From Acidobacteriota bacterium (GTDB lineage Bacteria; Acidobacteriota; UBA6911; RPQK01; JAPXNP01), in NCBI GenBank assembly GCA_037388505.1, contig JARRKC010000014.1, positions 2,651 to 66,650 on the forward strand: a DNA stretch of 64,000 bases. Direction: 5' to 3'. The notes under the pieces were generated by a model. The model had not been told where the DNA came from and searched no databases. It saw nothing but the letters and a program-made list of their open reading frames with translations. Positions 9,209 through 18,939 of this stretch are shown one piece after another. Within the stretch, counting starts at the first letter, position 1. Every line of letters starts with the position of its first letter. Both the position numbers and the translations under genes were made by a program.

Positions 9209-9368
9209 CTGAACTTCCTCGCAGTTCCAGGGATCCAAGGGCCGGGGAACCCAATCCGAGGGAGCGCTTTTCTGGGAATTGGGCCCTCGAGATTCGGTCC
9301 CCTTCGTTCAAGAAGTGCGTCGGATCACCATCCTTGCGTGAGCAGCGTCACGCAGAAAGCCTTGGCGG

Positions 9369-9923
9369 ATGTCCGATACTAGGTGCACTGTGAGGAAGAG
9401 TCACGAACATAACCGGAGCCGTCGCTGCCCCTTCTGCAAGACCGTCTTCTGGCGTCCGCTTCCGATACGGACTGTCAAGGTCTGGCGAAACCTGGCCAAG
9501 AACGACTACTTCAACGTCGGGATGTCGACCTGCCAGAAGTGCGGCGCCGATTTCGAGGTCTGGACCGAAGGCAGCATCAGGGATTTCCGCGGTAGCCCGT
9601 TCCTGCTCGTTCTGGCACTGGTGACCCTTCTGGCATCCTTGCTCGATGGTTTTCTCAGCCTTCAGCTCATCGAGCGTGGCGCCAACGAGATCAACCCCGT
9701 ACTTTCCACCTTCCTTCACCAGAGTCCGCTTCATTTCGTTCTGGGCAAGCATTTCCTGACCTGTCTGGGTGTGATCTTTCTGGTCATCTACAACGACCGG
9801 CGCCTGTTTGGAAGGAAACTTCGAGTCCGACATCTGCTGCTGGCGGCGCAAGTTCTCTTTGCAGGGATCATCGTCTACGAAGGCGCCCTACTGGCAGGGG
9901 TCGACCTCACCAGCCTGCTTTGA
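9369..9923 (+). CDS. hypothetical membrane protein with N-terminal Cys4 zinc-ribbon
   Basis: 184 aa. CPFC..(34 aa)..CQKC followed by ~4 hydrophobic helices (PFLLVLALVTLLASLL, FLTCLGVIFLVIY, LLLAAQVLFAGIIVY). No confident family assignment. Confidence 0.4.
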   Translation: MSDTRCTVRKSHEHNRSRRCPFCKTVFWRPLPIRTVKVWRNLAKNDYFNVGMSTCQKCGADFEVWTEGSIRDFRGSPFLLVLALVTLLASLLDGFLSLQLIERGANEINPVLSTFLHQSPLHFVLGKHFLTCLGVIFLVIYNDRRLFGRKLRVRHLLLAAQVLFAGIIVYEGALLAGVDLTSLL

Positions 9924-9954
9924 CGCCCGGGTTCCGTCGGTGGGGGAAATCGGC

Positions 9955-11313
9955 TCAGCCTTCGAGCAACGCGAAGAACGGGTCTTCCAGAGCCTCGACG
10001 AGCCAGCGAAGAAAACGAGCCGCATCGGCCCCGTCGATGAGCCGGTGATCGTAGGATAGAGACAGGGGCAGCATCCGTCGCGGCTCAAATTGACCGTCCA
10101 GATAGACGGGCTCCACCTGCGTTCGCGATACTCCCAGAATCGCCACTTCCGGGAAGTTCACGATCGGCGTGAAGTAGGTGCCCCCGATTCCTCCGAGATT
10201 CGTAATCGTGAAGCAGCCGCCCTGAAGTTGTTCCGGGGGGATCTTCCCCTGGCGGGCCCGTTCCGCAGTCTCTTTCAACTCGATGGCCAGCTGCAGGATG
10301 TTCTTCTGATCCACATCGCGGACCACCGGAACCAGAAGACCCCGAGGTGTGTCGACCGCCACGCCGATATTGAAGTACTCCTTGTAGACGATCTGTTCAC
10401 TGCCCATATCCAGACTGGCATTGAACTTAGGGAAGACCTTCAGAGCGGCCGCCACCGTCTTGAGAAGTATGGCTGTCACGGTCAGTTTGCCACCCTCAGC
10501 CTCCACCCGGGCAGCGTAGCTCTTTCGCCTTTCATCGAGCTGGGTGACGTCGGCGCGGTCGTGGTTGGTCACCTGCGCCACATTTGCCCAGGCCGTAGCC
10601 AGACGGCGCGCCGTCGTTCTTCGAACGTTGCTGAAAGCCTCTCGTCTGACCGGACCGAACGCGGCGAAATCGGGTAGCTCGGGAACAGGGACGGCCGTCG
10701 TCGATGCGGAGCCGGTCCGGAGCGCTTTGGAAAAAGCTTTCACGTCTTCGACCGAGATCCGCCCACCCGAGCCGGATCCCCGAACCTGGGCCACGTCGAT
10801 GCCGATCTCCCTGGCAAAGCGGCGTACCGCGGGGGAAGCAGGGACGACTCCACCGGCGGCGGACGGAACGGTCCGCCTCTCTCGGAAATCCACGATCTCA
10901 GCACGGGCCCGGGCAGGCGCCGGTGCAGTCCTACGCGGCTCCGCCGCAGGAACCGAGGATGGCGGTACTTGTTCGGATTCCGATTCGGCCGCGGCTTCTT
11001 GCGAAGCGGCGGCTGCGGTCTCCGGTTCCACCGATTCCGGCTCGGTCTTCTCTGCCGGTGTCTCTGCAGGTTGTTCGGATGCTTCCAGCGAAAGAACTGT
11101 CTGGCCGACTTTCACCTGATCACCCTGGGAGACGTGGACCTTCGTCACCTTGCCGCCAACGTTGGATGGGACCTCGACCGTGGCCTTGTCGGTCTCCAGT
11201 TCGAGAACGGACTGGTCGGCCGCAATGACATCCCCCTCTTTGACCAGCACGGATACAACGTCACCTGATTCTATGTTCTCACCCAGTTCGGGTAGCTTGA
11301 ACTCCACTGCCAT
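9955..11313 (-). CDS. aceF: pyruvate dehydrogenase complex E2 (dihydrolipoamide acetyltransferase)
   Basis: 452 aa. Lipoyl domain (ETDKATVEVPS), Ala/Pro/Glu linker, E3-binding domain, and a catalytic domain with DHRLIDGA. Lies immediately downstream of aceE. Confidence 0.85.
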   Translation of the reverse strand: MAVEFKLPELGENIESGDVVSVLVKEGDVIAADQSVLELETDKATVEVPSNVGGKVTKVHVSQGDQVKVGQTVLSLEASEQPAETPAEKTEPESVEPETAAAASQEAAAESESEQVPPSSVPAAEPRRTAPAPARARAEIVDFRERRTVPSAAGGVVPASPAVRRFAREIGIDVAQVRGSGSGGRISVEDVKAFSKALRTGSASTTAVPVPELPDFAAFGPVRREAFSNVRRTTARRLATAWANVAQVTNHDRADVTQLDERRKSYAARVEAEGGKLTVTAILLKTVAAALKVFPKFNASLDMGSEQIVYKEYFNIGVAVDTPRGLLVPVVRDVDQKNILQLAIELKETAERARQGKIPPEQLQGGCFTITNLGGIGGTYFTPIVNFPEVAILGVSRTQVEPVYLDGQFEPRRMLPLSLSYDHRLIDGADAARFLRWLVEALEDPFFALLEG

Positions 11314-11344
11314 CGGTCTCTCCTCCGCCGGTTAGCAGGCTGGC

Positions 11345-14047
11345 TCACAGCAGCCAGGGATTGGCGCGTTTGGTATCGATTTCGAGCTTCTTCAGGGCCT
11401 TCCCCAGAATGGCCGGTTTCAGTTTCCCCGCCTCCACCAGCCCATACAAGGCTGCCAGAGCAACATGGCGATGGTCCACTTCGAAGAAGTCTCGCAGAGC
11501 CTGGCGGCTCTCACTCCGGCCGAATCCGTCGGTCCCCAGGGACAGCAGGCGACCGGGAAACCACTTCGCCACCGATTCGGGCAGCGCCTTCATATAGTCG
11601 GAAGCCGCCACGTAGATTCCTGAAGAGCCCTCCAGGGCCTGGGTCAGGAACGAACTGCGAGGCTTCTCTCCGGGATGTCGGATGTTCCATCGTTCCGCAT
11701 CGATCCCGGAACGATGGAGTTCTTTGTAGCTGGTCACGCTCCAGACGTCGGCAGCCACCCCGAAAGTATCGGCGAGCAGATGCTGTGCCTTCAACACGCA
11801 ATTCATAATGGCGCCGCTGCCCAACAAATCGACGCGCGGTTTCCCCGCCGAATCCTCAGCGGCTCGAAAGCGATAGATGCCTCGGACGATCCCGTCCTTG
11901 ATTTCATCACGATGCTGTTCCGAGAGCTCGGGCTGCTCATAGTTCTCGTTGCCGACGGTCAGATAATAGAACCGATCTTCCTGGTTCTCGAACATGCGTC
12001 GAAGTCCGTCGCGAACGATCACGGCGATTTCATAGGCGAAGGCCGGGTCGTAGGTCATCAGGTTTGGAATCGTATACGCCAACAGATGGCTGTGACCGTC
12101 CTCGTGCTGCAGCCCCTCGCCGTTCAGCGTCGTCCGGCCCGCCGTGGCGCCGACCAGAAAGCCGCGGGCGCGCATGTCGCCGGCCGCCCACATGAGGTCG
12201 CCGACTCGCTGAAACCCGAACATCGAGTAGAACAGGAAGAACGGGATCATGTTGATGCCGTGGGTCGAATAGGCGGTACCGGCGGCCACAAAACTGCTCA
12301 TCGAACCCGCTTCCGTGATCCCTTCCTCGAGAATCTGGCCGTTCTTGGCTTCCTTGTAATACATGATTCCGCCTGCGTCGACAGGCTCGTACAACTGTCC
12401 CTTGCTGGAGTAGATCCCCACCTGGGAAAACAAAGCCTCGAGACCGAAAGTGCGGGCTTCATCGGGGATGATCGGAACGATCAGTTTCCCGATGTCGCGG
12501 TCGCGCAAGAGCTTGGCCAGCAGCCGGACCAGGACCATCGTCGTCGACACTTCGCGTCCGCCCGTTCCCGAGTAGAATTCGGAAAAGAGTTCTTCGGGAG
12601 GCGTCTTGATCGGCTCCACGTGCACGGCTCGCGAAGGCAACGAGCCCCCCAGCCGCTTCCGGCGTTCCTTCAGGTACTTCATCTCCGGGCTGTCTTCCGG
12701 GGGTCGGTAGAATGGAGCTTCGCTGACCTCGTCATCCGAGATGGGAATGCCGAAGCGGTCGCGAAAATTGCGCAGCTCTTCTTCGTTCAGCTTCTTCTGC
12801 TGATGGGTGATGTTCTTGCCCTCACCGGCCTCACCCAAACCGTAGCCCTTAATCGTCTTCGCCAGAATGACCGTCGGTGCACCGGTCTTCTCCACGGCGG
12901 CCCTGTAGGCGGCGTAGACCTTGACGGGGTCGTGTCCTCCACGCTTGAGGCGACGGAGTTCCTCATCTGAAAGGTGCTCGACCATCTTGAGCAGTTCGGG
13001 GGATTTCCCGAAAAAATCCTGGCGGATGAAGGCGCCCGATTCCACGCTGTACTTCTGGTACTGCCCGTCGACGACCTCTTCCATTCGTTTGACGAGCAGA
13101 TCATCTTCGTCCTTTTCCAGCAGGTGATCCCATTCGCTGCCCCAGATGACCTTGATCACGTTCCAGCCGGCGCCTCGAAACACGGCTTCCAGTTCCTGGA
13201 TGATCTTGCCGTTGCCGCGGACAGGCCCGTCGAGACGCTGCAGGTTGCAGTTGATGACGAAGGTCAGATTGTCCAGACCCTCTCGCGCCGCCAGGCTGAT
13301 CGAACCGAGCGTTTCCGGCTCATCCGTCTCTCCATCCCCCAGGAAAGCCCAGATTCGACGATCCGTTTTGGGAATCAGTCCGCGGTTCTCCAGGTAGCGC
13401 GCGAAACGCGCCTGGTAGATTGCCTGAAGGGGCCCCAGTCCCATCGATACTGTCGGGAACTGCCAGAACTCGGGCATGAGCCAGGGATGTGGATAGGAAG
13501 ACAAACCGCCCTCGGCCGCCAACTCGCGTCTGAAATTCTCCAGATGCTTTGCCGAGAGGCGTCCTTCGAGGAAGGCCCGCGCATAGATTCCCGGTGAAGC
13601 GTGCCCCTGGAAATAGATGATATCCGCACCCGATTCATGTTCCGGTCCCCGGAAGAAGTGGTTGAGACCGACTTCATAGAGCGTTGCCACTGAAGCGAAG
13701 GTGGAGATGTGGCCTCCAATCCCATCCTCGTGCTTGTTGGCCCGAACCACCATGGCCATGGCATTCCAGCGGATCAGGCTCTTGATCCGACGTTCCAGCT
13801 CACGGTTGCCCGGGTAGGGAACCTGCTCGTCTTCTGAAATCGTGTTGATGTAAGGAGTATTGGCAGAAAACGGGAGATCGACACCCCGCTTCTTCGCGTA
13901 CAACTGGAGCTCCCGCAGCAGCCGGATGACCCGCTCCGCGCCGCCCGACTCCAACACATACTCGAGTGAATCGATCCACTCTCTGGTCTCGATCGCCTCG
14001 AGCTCAGCCTTACGATCCTGACCCATCTTGCCGGCAGGGTTCGCCAT
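11345..14047 (-). CDS. aceE: pyruvate dehydrogenase E1 component, homodimeric type
   Basis: 900 aa; full-length AceE-type E1 (thiamine-diphosphate and transketolase-like domains). Confidence 0.9.
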   Translation of the reverse strand: MANPAGKMGQDRKAELEAIETREWIDSLEYVLESGGAERVIRLLRELQLYAKKRGVDLPFSANTPYINTISEDEQVPYPGNRELERRIKSLIRWNAMAMVVRANKHEDGIGGHISTFASVATLYEVGLNHFFRGPEHESGADIIYFQGHASPGIYARAFLEGRLSAKHLENFRRELAAEGGLSSYPHPWLMPEFWQFPTVSMGLGPLQAIYQARFARYLENRGLIPKTDRRIWAFLGDGETDEPETLGSISLAAREGLDNLTFVINCNLQRLDGPVRGNGKIIQELEAVFRGAGWNVIKVIWGSEWDHLLEKDEDDLLVKRMEEVVDGQYQKYSVESGAFIRQDFFGKSPELLKMVEHLSDEELRRLKRGGHDPVKVYAAYRAAVEKTGAPTVILAKTIKGYGLGEAGEGKNITHQQKKLNEEELRNFRDRFGIPISDDEVSEAPFYRPPEDSPEMKYLKERRKRLGGSLPSRAVHVEPIKTPPEELFSEFYSGTGGREVSTTMVLVRLLAKLLRDRDIGKLIVPIIPDEARTFGLEALFSQVGIYSSKGQLYEPVDAGGIMYYKEAKNGQILEEGITEAGSMSSFVAAGTAYSTHGINMIPFFLFYSMFGFQRVGDLMWAAGDMRARGFLVGATAGRTTLNGEGLQHEDGHSHLLAYTIPNLMTYDPAFAYEIAVIVRDGLRRMFENQEDRFYYLTVGNENYEQPELSEQHRDEIKDGIVRGIYRFRAAEDSAGKPRVDLLGSGAIMNCVLKAQHLLADTFGVAADVWSVTSYKELHRSGIDAERWNIRHPGEKPRSSFLTQALEGSSGIYVAASDYMKALPESVAKWFPGRLLSLGTDGFGRSESRQALRDFFEVDHRHVALAALYGLVEAGKLKPAILGKALKKLEIDTKRANPWLL

Positions 14048-14111
14048 AACAATCCCCTATTCCCTTGTTATAACTCTGACGAGCTGTCGGTATCAGGCGT
14101 TTCGGAGCACG

Positions 14112-15452
14112 TCACTCGGACTTGCTCTCGTCACCTTTCAGAACGATGTCCGCCGTCTTGAACTGCAGCTTCTCGAAGTCTTCCCTGCTGATCCGACCAC
14201 CTCGTCCGCTCTCCTCGCACACAGCGTACGCGTCGTCCCCCGAACGCCAGTAACGGTAGTGCTGCTCGCTGCCGTCAGAAAGCTTCACTCCGAGCTCAAA
14301 ATCCGCCCGGTCGGACTTCGGTACTTCCTTCAGGATATCAACAAACTTCATGTCAGCCAGCGGATACCAGAACTTATAGGAAAGAGCCTCCTTCCCTTTG
14401 AACTCGTCCGGGCTCTCAAAGATCCACTTGTAGTCCTCGTGTTTCAGACTGAGTGTCTCCTTGCCGCGCACAATCTTCAAGCTCGCGATCTGATCCTGCT
14501 TGACGTCGAGCACCGAGCGATCCCGGAACTTCGAGACAGCCGCCGTGAGATCGTCGTAGACCTCTTTCTTCAACGTGAAGACGGGCGCTTTCTGGGGATT
14601 TCGTGCGAAGTAGCCGTCCCCGTCCTTCCCTTCCCTGGAGCCGAGCTGCAGTTCGGTCCAGGAGTCTTTTCCCTCCTCGCGCACCCGTACGACCACGCCC
14701 GGTTTGGCCAGACCGTACTTCTCCAAAGACTCCGGTTTCTCTTCAACGAAGCGATCGGCTTTGGCGAACTGAAGAGCGGACAGTAAGCTGCTCACCTGCG
14801 TTTCGTCGCCCCGATCGGCGATGGGCTGAGTGAGGCGCCACTGGTCATCCTTCTTGAGAAGATGAACCTCGTCCGAAGGGCGACGGATGTCCACCTCGGT
14901 GACCTTGTCCCGGTCGATGCTGACGGCATCCTTGCTGCGCCAGTCGAGCAACGGCTTGTCCGCCGAGGACTCGAGCGAGGTCGAGGTCAGATACACGGTG
15001 GGACCGCCCTCCAACTTGACATAGAGGTTGGTCCCCGAAAAGTCCTTGGAGCCGATCAGCAGGGTCTCCTTCTGGTCGCCGGCCGTGACGTGGATCTGCA
15101 TGGCGGGGTCCACCAGGCCGTACTTACCGAGATCATCCTTCTTGATGTCGTCGAACGTTCTTTCGCGATGAGCTTCTGCGAGCCCTCTCACCAGAGAGTC
15201 CACCGTCGTCTTGTCTGCACTCGTCTGGATCGGTGACTCGAGCATCCACGCCTCGTCCTTCTTCACGAGCCGAATCGGGTCCTTGTCCTTGCGCACGATT
15301 TCGACTTGCGAGATCTGGTCTTGTTGGATTCGCAGCAGGCTCTCCTCGAGCTTCTTGGCCTCGTCGCGGGCCTCCTGGCCTTCGATCTCGTAGAAGTACA
15401 CGAAGGCCGCCAGACCCGCAAAGACGACGGCCAGGACTGCCAGCTTCTTCAT
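14112..15452 (-). CDS. DUF4340 domain protein (auxiliary component of GldG-type ABC systems)
   Basis: 446 aa; signal/anchor MKKLAVLAVVFAGLAAFVYFY. Repeated ~100-aa modules typical of DUF4340. Last gene of the ATPase-permease-GldG string. Confidence 0.6.
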   Translation of the reverse strand: MKKLAVLAVVFAGLAAFVYFYEIEGQEARDEAKKLEESLLRIQQDQISQVEIVRKDKDPIRLVKKDEAWMLESPIQTSADKTTVDSLVRGLAEAHRERTFDDIKKDDLGKYGLVDPAMQIHVTAGDQKETLLIGSKDFSGTNLYVKLEGGPTVYLTSTSLESSADKPLLDWRSKDAVSIDRDKVTEVDIRRPSDEVHLLKKDDQWRLTQPIADRGDETQVSSLLSALQFAKADRFVEEKPESLEKYGLAKPGVVVRVREEGKDSWTELQLGSREGKDGDGYFARNPQKAPVFTLKKEVYDDLTAAVSKFRDRSVLDVKQDQIASLKIVRGKETLSLKHEDYKWIFESPDEFKGKEALSYKFWYPLADMKFVDILKEVPKSDRADFELGVKLSDGSEQHYRYWRSGDDAYAVCEESGRGGRISREDFEKLQFKTADIVLKGDESKSE

Positions 15453-15462
15453 TGCATCCTCC

Positions 15463-17103
15463 TTAACGTCGTCGGTACCAGACTGCCACTCCGAAGATCA
15501 GAGTCGCGAATGGGAAGAGAACCACGGCAGCCCAGAAGATCAGCCGTCCCTCGGCACCGGTCAACGTGATGTTGCGGTTCTCGGGGTTCTTCGGCCGGAT
15601 CGAGAGAAGGTCCGTGTCCTCGGCAAGCCAGCTGGTGGCATTCAGAAAAAGGTCCGAGTTGATCGCTTCGCCCAGATACGCGTTGGAGGCAAAATCCGAA
15701 TCGCCGAAGACGATGAGTCGCGACTCCTTCTCCGATTTCGCTTGATCGGTCGAAGCCTTGTCATCGGCCGTCTTGGAGTCGGACTTCGAGACATCGGCAG
15801 ATGCTTTGTCCCCTCCAGCGTCCGCTGCCTTGTCGGAGGGCGACGCCGGCACCTCTTTGGTGGCGACAACGGCAAGTGCCAAGGGACCCTTGATGTCCTT
15901 TCCCTCGTCGAAGGTGACCTTCTGCTGTTTGATGTTCGATTCGCCCCAGCTCTGGCTGGAAGTTCGTACCAGCGCAGTGGTCTTGTAGCCGAGCAAGCTG
16001 TCCACCGACTTCACGCTTCGAGCGGCCGGGAAGATCGACATCTGTCCGGACAGATCCTTGGTAATGGGATGATCGGCATAGTCTGCGGCCAGCGGTGCGC
16101 CCGCCCCGAAGCCGAACAGCTGACCCAGTCCGGAAGCATCGACGACGAAGTCCTTGTCGAGGCTCACACCGTACTGATCCAGAAACTTGTTCATATCGAA
16201 CTCGGATTCAGGGTCCACGAGGAGGAAGAACTTGCCGCCCGCAGCCAGATACTGCTGCAACAGATCGACCTCATTCGGAAAGAAATCCATCTTCGGTCCG
16301 GCCGAGATGATCACAGCGGCATCCTGAGGCAGCTTGTTCTGCTGGGCGAGGTTGTACTCCTCCACCTTGTAGTTCTGCTTCTCGATCTCCGCTTTGACCT
16401 GAGAATAACCAGCAGGCTGACTGTCGCTCAGGGACCGCTCCCCGTGCCCGGTCAGAAAGTAGACGGTCTTCTCCTCATCACGGGTCACCTTGATGATCGC
16501 GTTGGTAACCTTCTCCTCGGTCGGTTCCTCGATCGTCTCCTTCTTCTTGGGGCCAACCACGACGATCTGACCATTGCGCGTCACGCCGTACTGGGCCACT
16601 TGCGAAGGATCCTTCTGCGGATCGACGATCTCATAACTGACTCGCGGACTAGCGTAGTGGTATTCCGAAGCCAGCTGACGAAACTGGCCGGATCCCTGCT
16701 GATCCTGAAAGAAACCAATCAGCTGAATGTCTTCATTCAAATCGCCGAGGATCTTCTGGGTCTGATCGGAAAGCGCGTAAAGATGCCCTTCCGTAAGGTC
16801 GAATCGCTTGTGATGGCGGAAGTTCAGGAAGTTCACGAGCACCAGAATACCCACAACCAACACCAGGGTCAGAAGTGCCATTCCGCCCATCCGAGCTGTG
16901 CGGCCGCTCAACGACTGCTTGATCTCGGAGAAGTTGGCCACGAGGTAGATGATGATCAGAGCCGCGCCCGCATAGACTCCGGCCTGGGCTTTCCAGTCCC
17001 AGAGGCTGGTCACGGTGTAGTAGAAGAACCCGGCGAAAAGGAGGACCAGACCAATGCCGGACAAGTTATTGATGATCTTTCGCATGGCTGTTACTTCCTC
17101 CAT
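15463..17103 (-). CDS. GldG-like ABC-transporter auxiliary protein (Gldg family)
   Basis: 546 aa; N- and C-terminal TM anchors and a large periplasmic domain. Acidic Ala/Asp/Lys/Ser-rich insert (ASPSDKAADAGGDKASADVSKSDSK...). Confidence 0.7.
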   Translation of the reverse strand: MEEVTAMRKIINNLSGIGLVLLFAGFFYYTVTSLWDWKAQAGVYAGAALIIIYLVANFSEIKQSLSGRTARMGGMALLTLVLVVGILVLVNFLNFRHHKRFDLTEGHLYALSDQTQKILGDLNEDIQLIGFFQDQQGSGQFRQLASEYHYASPRVSYEIVDPQKDPSQVAQYGVTRNGQIVVVGPKKKETIEEPTEEKVTNAIIKVTRDEEKTVYFLTGHGERSLSDSQPAGYSQVKAEIEKQNYKVEEYNLAQQNKLPQDAAVIISAGPKMDFFPNEVDLLQQYLAAGGKFFLLVDPESEFDMNKFLDQYGVSLDKDFVVDASGLGQLFGFGAGAPLAADYADHPITKDLSGQMSIFPAARSVKSVDSLLGYKTTALVRTSSQSWGESNIKQQKVTFDEGKDIKGPLALAVVATKEVPASPSDKAADAGGDKASADVSKSDSKTADDKASTDQAKSEKESRLIVFGDSDFASNAYLGEAINSDLFLNATSWLAEDTDLLSIRPKNPENRNITLTGAEGRLIFWAAVVLFPFATLIFGVAVWYRRR

Positions 17104-17864
17104 TTCTCAGATTCCATCGAGAGCGAAGTCAGAAAGAGCCCGAGAACAATGAACGAGAGATAGAACACCACATGCTGGGTGTCCAGGACTCCCTTGGTGA
17201 AGTCCTCGTAGTGGTTTAGCACCGAGAGATATCGGAGAGTCTCGTTCCAGAACGTCGTACCACCCTGGGCCGAGGCATCCAGAACCCAGAGAACGATGAA
17301 GACGCCGAACGTCCCCGCCGCCGCAACGATCTGATTCTCGGTCAGCGACGAAATGAAGATCCCCACTGCCAGAAGTGCCCCTCCCAGTAGAAACGCCCCC
17401 AGTAGACCCGCCAGATAGGGCGGCACGGGAGGACGAGGGTCACTGTAGGTCAGCAGAAGAAGAACATTGAAAATCGCCGGGGCCAGCATAACCGCAAGGA
17501 AGATCATCGCCGCGGAGAACTTCCCAAGGATCAACTGGAGCCGGGTAATGGGAGACGTGAGAAGGAGTTCGATCGTTCCCCTTTTGCGCTCTTCGGCCAG
17601 AATGCCCATCGTCACCATCGGGAGAAGGAACAGCAGGATCGTGCTCAACACTCCGAAGTAGCTCTGCATGATCAGACTCGGTACGTCCATGGACATCGCG
17701 GACTGGCTGAACTGGCGCATGGCCGACTGCTGGACGTAGAAGCTGAGAATGATCTCGAAGAAGTAGCCCGAGACCCCGAAGAAGACGGCCAGCAGCACGT
17801 ACGCAATCGGACTCACGAACAGGGTGTGGAGCTCCTTCTCAATGATTGCCAGGTAGTTCCTCAT
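17091..17864 (-). CDS. ABC-2 family transporter permease (GldF-like)
   Basis: 257 aa, 6 predicted TM helices. Coupled to the upstream ATPase (4-nt overlap) and to the GldG-like gene. Confidence 0.7.
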   Translation of the reverse strand: MRNYLAIIEKELHTLFVSPIAYVLLAVFFGVSGYFFEIILSFYVQQSAMRQFSQSAMSMDVPSLIMQSYFGVLSTILLFLLPMVTMGILAEERKRGTIELLLTSPITRLQLILGKFSAAMIFLAVMLAPAIFNVLLLLTYSDPRPPVPPYLAGLLGAFLLGGALLAVGIFISSLTENQIVAAAGTFGVFIVLWVLDASAQGGTTFWNETLRYLSVLNHYEDFTKGVLDTQHVVFYLSFIVLGLFLTSLSMESEKWRK

Positions 17865-18814
17865 GCCGTTGCCTCCTCTTCATCCGTCGTCAACTTCACG
17901 AAGACTTCCTCGAGGCTCATGCTCTCGGCTCGGATCTGATAAAGGTCCGCACCCGACTCGAAAACCGCCCGGGAGAGCAGATGCCGGATCTCCCCGGCCC
18001 CATCACTTTCGACAATCAGCCGATGGCGGCCGGATTCGGTCGGTTCCTCGGTGACTCTTCGGACGCCCGAAATCCTCTCCAGAGCCGGCTTGACCGTGGA
18101 GGCTGTCGCGCCGACTTCCACTTCGATACGCTGTCCTCCGCTGAACCGGTTCGACAGATTTCCCGGCGTATCCACAGCAACGATCCGGCCGTTGTTGATG
18201 ATGACGACTCGCTCGCAGGTCACGCTGACTTCGGGAAGGATGTGAGTCGACAGGATCACGGTGTGATCGCCGCCCAGGCTCTTGATGAGTCCTCGAACTT
18301 CCACGATCTGCTTCGGATCGAGACCGATCGTCGGCTCATCCAGGATCAGCACTTCCGGATCGTGAATCAGGGCTTGAGCGAGCCCGACCCGCTGCTTGAA
18401 TCCCTTTGACAGATGCTTGATCAACCGCTGACCGTGTTCGCTTAGACCGCAACGCTCCTTGACGTACGCGATCCGCCGCGGTATGTCACCGGAACTCACT
18501 CCTTTGATCTTCGCTACGAACCGGAGGTAGCTGTCTACCCTCATTTCGGTGTAGAGCGGCGGGATCTCCGGGAGGTAGCCCACGCGGCGCTTGGACTCGA
18601 GGGGTTTCTCGAACACATCGAATCCGGCTACGATTGCACGGCCTGCGTCGGAGGGGAGGAACCCGGAAAGAATCCGCATGGTCGTCGTCTTCCCTGCCCC
18701 ATTGGGACCCAGGAAGCCCAGGATCTCCCCCTTGTCGACCTCGAAACTGACGTCGTCGACGGCCGTGCGCATTCCGTAACGTTTCGTGAGATTCTCGACG
18801 CGAATCATCTTCAA
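17861..18814 (-). CDS. ABC transporter ATP-binding protein (GldA-like)
   Basis: 317 aa; Walker A GPNGAGKTT, signature LSKGFKQRVGLA, Walker B LILDEPT. Confidence 0.85.
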   Translation of the reverse strand: MKMIRVENLTKRYGMRTAVDDVSFEVDKGEILGFLGPNGAGKTTTMRILSGFLPSDAGRAIVAGFDVFEKPLESKRRVGYLPEIPPLYTEMRVDSYLRFVAKIKGVSSGDIPRRIAYVKERCGLSEHGQRLIKHLSKGFKQRVGLAQALIHDPEVLILDEPTIGLDPKQIVEVRGLIKSLGGDHTVILSTHILPEVSVTCERVVIINNGRIVAVDTPGNLSNRFSGGQRIEVEVGATASTVKPALERISGVRRVTEEPTESGRHRLIVESDGAGEIRHLLSRAVFESGADLYQIRAESMSLEEVFVKLTTDEEEATA

Positions 18815-18939
18815 TTACTCCTGCGCTGTGGCAACTTCATCAAATGTCGCCTCCAAATTCACAACACCAGAAACAACAAAGCCAGGCTTCCGATCCTAAT
18901 CGGACTCGACTGCAATCGAACTGAAACATGCGAGTTCGC

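Noticed and set aside
11675-12970. 431-aa plus-strand ORF inside aceE
   Set aside because: Antisense to pyruvate dehydrogenase E1, a typical high-GC shadow ORF.
15742-17163. 473-aa plus-strand ORF
   Set aside because: Antisense to the GldG-like gene. Low-complexity Leu/Arg/Gly-rich.
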